From contig CAZLYC010000009.1 of the NCBI GenBank assembly GCA_964563755.1, positions 42,624-66,623 of the forward strand: DNA of 24,000 nt, in the 5' to 3' direction. The notes beneath the pieces were generated by a model that saw nothing but the letters and a program-made list of their open reading frames with translations, had not been told where the DNA came from and ran no database searches. Every line of letters starts with the position of its first letter. The stretch's first letter is position 1. Below are positions 9,250 through 15,453 of this stretch, piece by piece. The position numbers and the translations under genes were made by a program. Source of the stretch: an uncultured Methanosarcinales archaeon. GTDB taxonomy: Archaea > Nanobdellota > Nanobdellia > Woesearchaeales > UBA11576.

Positions 9250-11046
9250 TCATCTGTTAAGAGCATCAATCAACTGCACAAGCTCAGACAGCCTCAGTAT
9301 GTTAAACTCTGACTTCTTCCTGCTCACTTCCTCAAGATTGACACAAGTCATGCCTTTCTGTTTAGCCTCATTGAAACGGGCGCCAATCACGCCGACAAAA
9401 ACAGCTTCCCTGTCAGCACCCATCTCTTCAGGCCTTATCATCTTCGAAAATGATGAAGCTATACCTGAACCCGCATTTATGCCAACAATACTTATCCCTT
9501 TCTTTGAAAGCAATGAACTCACTGCCGGAAGCTCAAGTTCAAGCGCAGGATTAAGCGCATCACAATCCATCACGACTTTCCTCTTTTTTGAGACAGGAGC
9601 TTCATAATTCCCCCTGAACGAGCGCCACCTCTGCACAGACTTCTCAGCAAGCTTTACCGCATAGCCGATGTAAGTCTCCGGCCTCAGCGACTTGATCTTC
9701 TCTTTTGAATCATAATCTATACTCATCTCGTCAACAAAACTGTACAGTTCCTCAGGAGAGAAATTCTGTCCCCTTGAGAAATCCTTCATTACCTCGTAAG
9801 GCTTCTCATTGCCCTTCCTTCGTAAAAGAGTCTGCACTGCTTCAGAGAGTATGGCCCCTATAGGCGTGAGGTCTGAGAGCATCTTCTCCCTATTGACCTC
9901 TACCCTGCCAAGCTCTTCAGAAACATGAAGCACAGCAAGATAAGAATGCGCAATACCCACTCCTATTGCCCTCTGTGCTTCGTGGTCTGATAGATCTCTC
10001 TGCAGCCTGGACGCCTGAAGCTTCCAGATAAAACCAGTAAGTTTAGCATTAGCCTCGACAGCGCTTCCTTCAGCGACTTCCATCCTCCAAGGATTTATTT
10101 TATGAGGCATAGTAGAAGAACCAACTTCATGCGACAACTTCTGCTGCACAAGATAACCCTGCGAGATGTAAAGCCAGAAATCAACAGACAAATCCCTCAA
10201 GATATTATTCACGCTTACAAGCACGCTGAACATCCTGCAAAGACCGTCATGAGGCTCAATCTGCGTAGTCATAAGGTTAGGCTCAAACCCGAGCTTCCTG
10301 ATGAACTCTTCAGAAAAATGGATCCAGTCAATCTCTGGAGCCGCAAAAGCATGAGCATTATAATTCCCGACAGCGCCATTCAGCTTCGCAGGAAGCTTCA
10401 TCTTAGCAAGAGTCGTGACTTCATTCTTCAATCTCTCAACATAATTCGCCATCTCCTTGCCGAACGTTGTGGGAGTAGCAGGCTGGCCATGAGTCTTCGA
10501 AAGCATAGGCGAAGACTTCTCTGATTCAGCAAGATGAGCGAGCTTATCGACAAGACCAACCAGCGCAGGAATGTAATTGAGTTCCATGCCGCCCCTGACC
10601 ATGCAATCAATCGCGATGTTATTTATGTCTTCAGACGTCAATGCAAAATGAACCATCTCAGAAACATCATCCAAAGACGTCCCCTTAAGCTTCATCTTTA
10701 TGAAATACTCAACACTCTTGACATCATGATTAGTAGGCTTCTGGCCATTGTAGCCGAAACGGTCAATATCCTGTATGACTTTCGCATCAGCAAGACTAAA
10801 ACCACTAGCGATGCTCCTCAGGAAATCTTTCTCATCCCTTGTTAGGTCGCGTATAGCATCGAAATCATCAAGCTCAGAAAGCGAAATCAGGTACTCAACC
10901 TCAACAAAAACACGATACTTATGCAAAGCATACTCAGAAAACCAGTCAGCCAAGGGCTCGGTCATTATACGGTGCCTGCCGTCAATTGGCGAGATGGCCC
11001 TAAGAGAATGAAATGAAAGGTCCTCTGACTTAACCAACAAAACCAC
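9250..11046 (-). CDS. purB: Adenylosuccinate lyase with ~110-aa C-terminal extension
   Basis: 598 aa; lyase signature SHEVGSSTMPHKINPWRMEVAEGS, HGQPATPTTFGKEM, and AIGVGIAHSYLAV. Ends with an unusual extension from about KKRKVVMDCDAL onward. Confidence 0.95.
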   Translation of the reverse strand: MVLLVKSEDLSFHSLRAISPIDGRHRIMTEPLADWFSEYALHKYRVFVEVEYLISLSELDDFDAIRDLTRDEKDFLRSIASGFSLADAKVIQDIDRFGYNGQKPTNHDVKSVEYFIKMKLKGTSLDDVSEMVHFALTSEDINNIAIDCMVRGGMELNYIPALVGLVDKLAHLAESEKSSPMLSKTHGQPATPTTFGKEMANYVERLKNEVTTLAKMKLPAKLNGAVGNYNAHAFAAPEIDWIHFSEEFIRKLGFEPNLMTTQIEPHDGLCRMFSVLVSVNNILRDLSVDFWLYISQGYLVQQKLSHEVGSSTMPHKINPWRMEVAEGSAVEANAKLTGFIWKLQASRLQRDLSDHEAQRAIGVGIAHSYLAVLHVSEELGRVEVNREKMLSDLTPIGAILSEAVQTLLRRKGNEKPYEVMKDFSRGQNFSPEELYSFVDEMSIDYDSKEKIKSLRPETYIGYAVKLAEKSVQRWRSFRGNYEAPVSKKRKVVMDCDALNPALELELPAVSSLLSKKGISIVGINAGSGIASSFSKMIRPEEMGADREAVFVGVIGARFNEAKQKGMTCVNLEEVSRKKSEFNILRLSELVQLIDALNR

Positions 11047-11125
11047 CGCCTTTTAAACCTTTAAAAATATACTTTCAAGACATCTTGCAGTTTTATATTT
11101 ATTATGATAGTGTAAACTATAGAAC

Positions 11126-12706
11126 TCAGAAATGCTCAAGAGTGTGTTGTCTCTTATCAGGCTCGACACATACTTCTTCCCCTACCTGCTTCTTGATGTC
11201 TGCCGCAACAGCCTTGCCAATAAGCTGAGTGAGAGTAGTCATGTCAGCCTTCTTCACATCGCCCAAATCCTTGATGCCTGCATTGAACAATTTCCTGGCT
11301 CTCACTCTTCCTATTCCACTAAGCTTCAGCAGCGCGATAAGCTCTTCCCTTACACCATACTTCAGCCTGAACCTTAGCTTAATTATGCTCTTGATTATAT
11401 CATGGAAACTCATGAGCTTTGCTAATTCTTCCGCAGAATACAAAAGCCAATCAGCCTTGTCTATCTTGACACGAGTCTCGCCAGGACGGATATCAAACTC
11501 CTCATACAAAAACTCCTCATCCTTCTCATCAATCCATTCCATCAAGAAAAAAGAAGTCTTCACAGACGCAAGGAAATCATCATACTCGGGCTCATAGATG
11601 CTTGGTTCTTTTTGCAGAAGCTCTGACTCGAAAGCGATGAACTTCTCAGTGAACTTATCGAACTCCTTTGTCTTGACTTTAAGTAAAGGCCGCATCTCAA
11701 GAGTGTTGCAGACCGTCTGGAGAAGAGCGAAAGGACTCGCCACCCTATCAGTAGACCTCCTTATGCACTTGATTATGTGATGAGCAGTTATAGGATCAAT
11801 ATACAACTGAGCGACCCTGCGGCCAAGAAGAGTGGGCCTGATCTTTCCATCAGAATCCTCAGCAATCTCTGACGCGCTGACAAAACCATCCTTCTTCTTC
11901 ATTATTATAAACTCATAATTCTCAAGAAGGTCAAGCATCTTGTCGATTATAGACGTGAGCTTCTTCATGTCCTTGAACTGATATGCCCAGAATGTCCCAG
12001 AGAAAAAATCAATTATCTTCTTCCTGGAATCAACAAACTCAGTAGCGATGAGCGAAAGCAGGTAAGTCCTCAACACTGGCTCGACAGCCAGCTTCGAGTA
12101 TATATCCTCTGGCTCTCCCTTAAGATAACGCTCACGTATCTTCTCCTTATCCTCCTCACTACCTGCGATGCAGATAGCTTCCCCGAACTTATCAAACTTA
12201 GGACGTCCAGCTCTCCCAGCCATCTGCAAATACTCAAGAACAGGGATGTACTGCATACCGCCCCAGCCAGTATCAGAGAAACGCTTAAGCTCCTTGATTA
12301 TCGCGCGGAAAGCCGGCAAGTCTACTCCTGCGGCAAGAGTAGGGGTGCAACAGATTATAGATATCTTTCCCTTCCTGAAACCCTCCTCAACAATATCGCG
12401 CTGCTTATGCGTAAGACCTGAATGATGGAACGCGACACCCTTCTTTACACACCTTGACAAGCGCTCACACTGCTTAGTGGGTTTAGGGATAGCAGAGATT
12501 ATATCATCAGAAAGCAAATCAAGCTCATCGCTTTTCGTCTCCATCTTGTGGGAAATATCTTCCGCGGATTTCTCAGCGCTTTTCTTGCTGCTGACAAAAA
12601 CAAGAGCCTGCTTACCTAGTTTCACAGTGTCAAGAGCAAGATTCACAGTATCACTAGGAGAAGGCTGCGAGACACCGACTGACTTTTCATGCTCCATACC
12701 AGACAA
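11126..12706 (-). CDS. Hel308/Ski2-like helicase lacking the N-terminal RecA1 domain
   Basis: 526 aa. Starts in the linker to RecA2 (KQALVFVSSKKSAE), then VAFHHSGLTHKQRDIVEEGFRKGKISIICCTPTLAAGVDLPA, YLQMAGRAGRP and a C-terminal HhH SGIGRVRARKLFNAGI. No Walker A or DExH motif. The listed start is TTG; ATG at 12697 (MEHEKSV) is also possible. Confidence 0.9.
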   Translation of the reverse strand: MSGMEHEKSVGVSQPSPSDTVNLALDTVKLGKQALVFVSSKKSAEKSAEDISHKMETKSDELDLLSDDIISAIPKPTKQCERLSRCVKKGVAFHHSGLTHKQRDIVEEGFRKGKISIICCTPTLAAGVDLPAFRAIIKELKRFSDTGWGGMQYIPVLEYLQMAGRAGRPKFDKFGEAICIAGSEEDKEKIRERYLKGEPEDIYSKLAVEPVLRTYLLSLIATEFVDSRKKIIDFFSGTFWAYQFKDMKKLTSIIDKMLDLLENYEFIIMKKKDGFVSASEIAEDSDGKIRPTLLGRRVAQLYIDPITAHHIIKCIRRSTDRVASPFALLQTVCNTLEMRPLLKVKTKEFDKFTEKFIAFESELLQKEPSIYEPEYDDFLASVKTSFFLMEWIDEKDEEFLYEEFDIRPGETRVKIDKADWLLYSAEELAKLMSFHDIIKSIIKLRFRLKYGVREELIALLKLSGIGRVRARKLFNAGIKDLGDVKKADMTTLTQLIGKAVAADIKKQVGEEVCVEPDKRQHTLEHF

Positions 12707-12728
12707 AAAGTGAAGGTAGTTTAAAAAT

Positions 12729-12739
12729 GTTTTTTAAAT
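12729..12739 (-). promoter_or_regulatory. TATA-like element upstream of truncated Hel308 gene
   Basis: Minus strand reads GTATTTAAAAAAC, about 35-40 nt upstream of ATG 12697. Confidence 0.4.
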
Positions 12740-12873
12740 ACGTGAAAAACACGCTAATACTCTCTTTCTATCATATCTTTCAAAAATACAAAACTTTAAA
12801 ATGAAACAACATTTTCGCAGCATAAACAAAAACAGCAGTATTCGCAAAAAATACGTAATAGGGGTGGCAAAAA

Positions 12874-13617
12874 GTGGCAGAACTGTTAACAGGAAGAGAC
12901 ATTCATTTCGGCATCGGCGGAAACATCGGCGCAGGAAAGACAGAATTCATCCAACAGGCACTAAAAGAGCCTAACATGTCAATACTTCTCGCATCACTAG
13001 GCGAAGGCTACGCAGGCCTCTTGCCAAACCACAAGAAAGATTACGTCACACTAATAGAAGAAATACCCGACGGAGAAGTCTTAAGCGCATACTACAGCGA
13101 CCCTAAAAGATACTCCTTCATGGCACAGACATACTTCTTCGAGCTAAGAGTCGGGAACCAGCAGAAGTTGGAAGCGACGAAGGGAATAGTGTTCGAAGAC
13201 AGGACACTCCTAGAAGACAAAGAAGTCTTCGGCAAGACACAGCACGACATGGGCTATATGTCAGACGTCGAATGGAAAGTCTACTCAGAATACGTCTACC
13301 CAAGATTCGCAAAAAGGATAGTGCAGCCACACCTCTGGGTATACCTCGAAGTCGAGGATGTGAACGTCCTCATGAACAGGATAAAGAAGAGGGGGCGCGA
13401 AGTAGAGCAGAACATACCGCAAGACTACATCCAGAAACTCAATGACAACTACAAATCATTCTGCCAGAACTACACAGCACCGCACCTCGTCATAAATTTC
13501 TCAGAAGACAGGGACGCAAGACCAGACAAGTTCTACACAGAAAAATTCGAAGCGATGGCAGAGAAGATAAAAGAGATAAGACGCGGCTGGAGATTCGACG
13601 GCAACGGAAAGAAGTGA
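12874..13617 (+). CDS. Deoxynucleoside kinase-like P-loop kinase
   Basis: 247 aa, GTG start preceded by GGGGTGG. Walker A GGNIGAGKTEFI, FEDR motif, and LID-like RIKKRGREVEQNIPQDYIQKLN typical of the dNK family. Confidence 0.85.
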   Translation: MAELLTGRDIHFGIGGNIGAGKTEFIQQALKEPNMSILLASLGEGYAGLLPNHKKDYVTLIEEIPDGEVLSAYYSDPKRYSFMAQTYFFELRVGNQQKLEATKGIVFEDRTLLEDKEVFGKTQHDMGYMSDVEWKVYSEYVYPRFAKRIVQPHLWVYLEVEDVNVLMNRIKKRGREVEQNIPQDYIQKLNDNYKSFCQNYTAPHLVINFSEDRDARPDKFYTEKFEAMAEKIKEIRRGWRFDGNGKK

Positions 13618-13621
13618 AAAC

Positions 13622-14479
13622 ATGAGCGAGCTTGTAGAAAAGGTACAAAAATTCGAATCGATGAGCTCAAACGAGCTCGCGCAGAAAAGATACGACCTCG
13701 AGAAAGACTTCAGGAACTTCCTTCTTGAGAAAAAACTCATCATCGCATCCGAAGGAAACATAGGCCTAGGCAAGTCAATGATAATAAAAGTCCTTGAGAA
13801 CTATGGCATAGACCCATTCTACGAACTTGACAACAAGGGACTCGAGACACTAGACCAGCAATACAATATACCTATAGATACGCTTCTTGCAAAGTACTAT
13901 TCTGACAAGAAGATGTACTCACACCAGCTGCAAAAAGTATTCTTCGAAAGACGAGCATGCCAGCTAAGGACAGCATACTCAATGCTCAACGCAGGAAAAC
14001 TACTCGAAAAGATGGGCAAGCTGCACTCCGAAAGGATGGGCTCTGTCGGCTTTGACAGGATAATCTACGCAGACAGGCTTGTCTTTACAGAAGTCCTGCA
14101 TGACCAGGGAAACTTCGATGACTGGTACTACAATGAATACCTGCGATACTTCGATTCAGAAGTCAAGAACCTACCACAACCAGACCTATTAGTATTGCTA
14201 AAGGGAACACCTGAGTTCGCAATGAAGATGATACAATGCAGGAACAGGGATTTCGAGAAGATAGAAGAAGAGGAGAAAGGCACAGGGATAACACTAGAAT
14301 TCCTGACACAATTGGGCGGCAAATTCGACACATTCGAAGCAGACATGAGAAAGAACAACTACTACCACGGCCCAATCCTGGTAGTAGACAGGGAAAAGGT
14401 CAATCCAGTGACGAAGATACCGGACGCGCTGGCATTCCTGGAATGCATCATGGAGAAGCTCGGAAAGTCATATTCTTGA
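13622..14479 (+). CDS. Second deoxynucleoside kinase-like P-loop kinase, diverged tandem homolog
   Basis: 285 aa with SEGNIGLGKSMIIK, YSHQLQKVFFERRACQL, YADRLVFTEVLHDQGNFDDWYYNEYLRYF. It starts 4 nt after the preceding CDS. Confidence 0.78.
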   Translation: MSELVEKVQKFESMSSNELAQKRYDLEKDFRNFLLEKKLIIASEGNIGLGKSMIIKVLENYGIDPFYELDNKGLETLDQQYNIPIDTLLAKYYSDKKMYSHQLQKVFFERRACQLRTAYSMLNAGKLLEKMGKLHSERMGSVGFDRIIYADRLVFTEVLHDQGNFDDWYYNEYLRYFDSEVKNLPQPDLLVLLKGTPEFAMKMIQCRNRDFEKIEEEEKGTGITLEFLTQLGGKFDTFEADMRKNNYYHGPILVVDREKVNPVTKIPDALAFLECIMEKLGKSYS

Positions 14480-14534
14480 TAATAAGCACTATAAACCCAT
14501 CCTGACCTATTTTAACGCTTGATGGAATAGTGCG

Positions 14535-14549
14535 AAAGTTTTATAAATG
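14535..14549 (+). promoter_or_regulatory. BRE/TATA promoter for the tRNA pair
   Basis: CGAAAGTTTTATAAA lies about 35-48 nt upstream of the tRNA-Asn 5' end. Confidence 0.7.
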
Positions 14550-14582
14550 CCCTGAATCCGCACATTAGCAGGTATATCAATT

Positions 14583-14655
14583 GCCCCTATAGCTTAGCGG
14601 TTGGAGCGTGCGGCTGTTAACCGCAAGGTCACCAGTTCGAATCTGGTTAGGGGCG
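14583..14655 (+). tRNA. tRNA-Asn (GTT)
   Basis: Cloverleaf: acceptor GCCCCTA/TAGGGGC, D stem GCTT/GAGC, anticodon arm TGCGG-CTGTTAA-CCGCA, T arm ACCAG-TTCGAAT-CTGGT, discriminator G. Confidence 0.97.
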
Positions 14656-14752
14656 CTTATACTTCCAAAGCTTTAACGAAAGCTTTGATGCAAAAGGTGC
14701 GGCGTTCGCTCGCTGTTGCTTGCTCAGCCACACTATACTAATTTTTTTACAT

Positions 14753-14848
14753 GAGCCCGTAGCTTAGTCTGGAGGGCAAACACGCCCGGGCAACTGGAGT
14801 GCTCGACTGATAATCGAGAGGTCCCGAGTTCAAATCTCGGCGGGCTCA
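14753..14848 (+). tRNA. tRNA-Ile (GAT) precursor with a D-loop intron (predicted 14773-14793)
   Basis: Acceptor GAGCCCG/CGGGCTC + A, anticodon arm CTCGA-CTGATAA-TCGAG, T arm CCGAG-TTCAAAT-CTCGG. The 96-nt gene has ~21 extra nt in the D-loop with a BHB-like structure. Confidence 0.93.
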
Positions 14849-14863
14849 CTTATTATTCTAGAA

Positions 14864-15379
14864 TCACATATTGATGATATACAAAGCGATAAGATTTGTC
14901 ATCATCGCGACAATGACAAAGAAACCGAAGTTCAGGAGTATATCGGTAAGCACCATCTTCCTGCTGCGCTTGAGCCTCCTTCCGACATATGTGCTTCCCA
15001 ACGGAAGACCATAGATGAAAATCAGCGAAGCTATTATTATGAAAAGATCCATGTTCTTCGCAGCGAAGAAATACGCGACACCCATCAGGAAATACGCGAG
15101 CTGGTTGATTGGCGTAGTCTCAGAAGTGAAATAGAGCGAGACACTGGCGACAACACCTAAAAGTATAAGCACGAAAAGATTCGCGCCATAACTGTAAAGT
15201 AGGATAAGCGCCATGAAAACCATAAGCGTGTTCATCAATGCCTTGAAGTACTGCTTGCCTGGCTTAAGCTCTTCTGGAGCGATGAACGCAAGAAGAGCGC
15301 CGACATAGACGCCTGAGAATGTGAAAAGCAATGTCACAAGATACGTAATCATGTATGACAATCCTGAAGTAAAGACCAA
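14864..15379 (-). CDS. Small multi-pass membrane protein, function unknown
   Basis: 171 aa with about five hydrophobic segments. TTG start preceded by GAGGTG; alternative internal ATG (MITYLVTLL). Confidence 0.7.
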   Translation of the reverse strand: MVFTSGLSYMITYLVTLLFTFSGVYVGALLAFIAPEELKPGKQYFKALMNTLMVFMALILLYSYGANLFVLILLGVVASVSLYFTSETTPINQLAYFLMGVAYFFAAKNMDLFIIIASLIFIYGLPLGSTYVGRRLKRSRKMVLTDILLNFGFFVIVAMMTNLIALYIINM

Positions 15380-15453
15380 ACCATTCCACCTCTTTATTGA
15401 GGTGTTTATAAGCTAAGGGTATTTAAATATTTTGATTGGAAATAGACTTTCAA

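Noticed and set aside
10102-10524. 140-aa plus-strand ORF
   Set aside because: Antisense to purB; basic low-quality translation with no known motifs.
14714-14750. Possible independent promoter for tRNA-Ile (cactatacta)
   Set aside because: The TATA-like sequence lies too close to the tRNA 5' end for normal archaeal spacing; cotranscription with tRNA-Asn is simpler.
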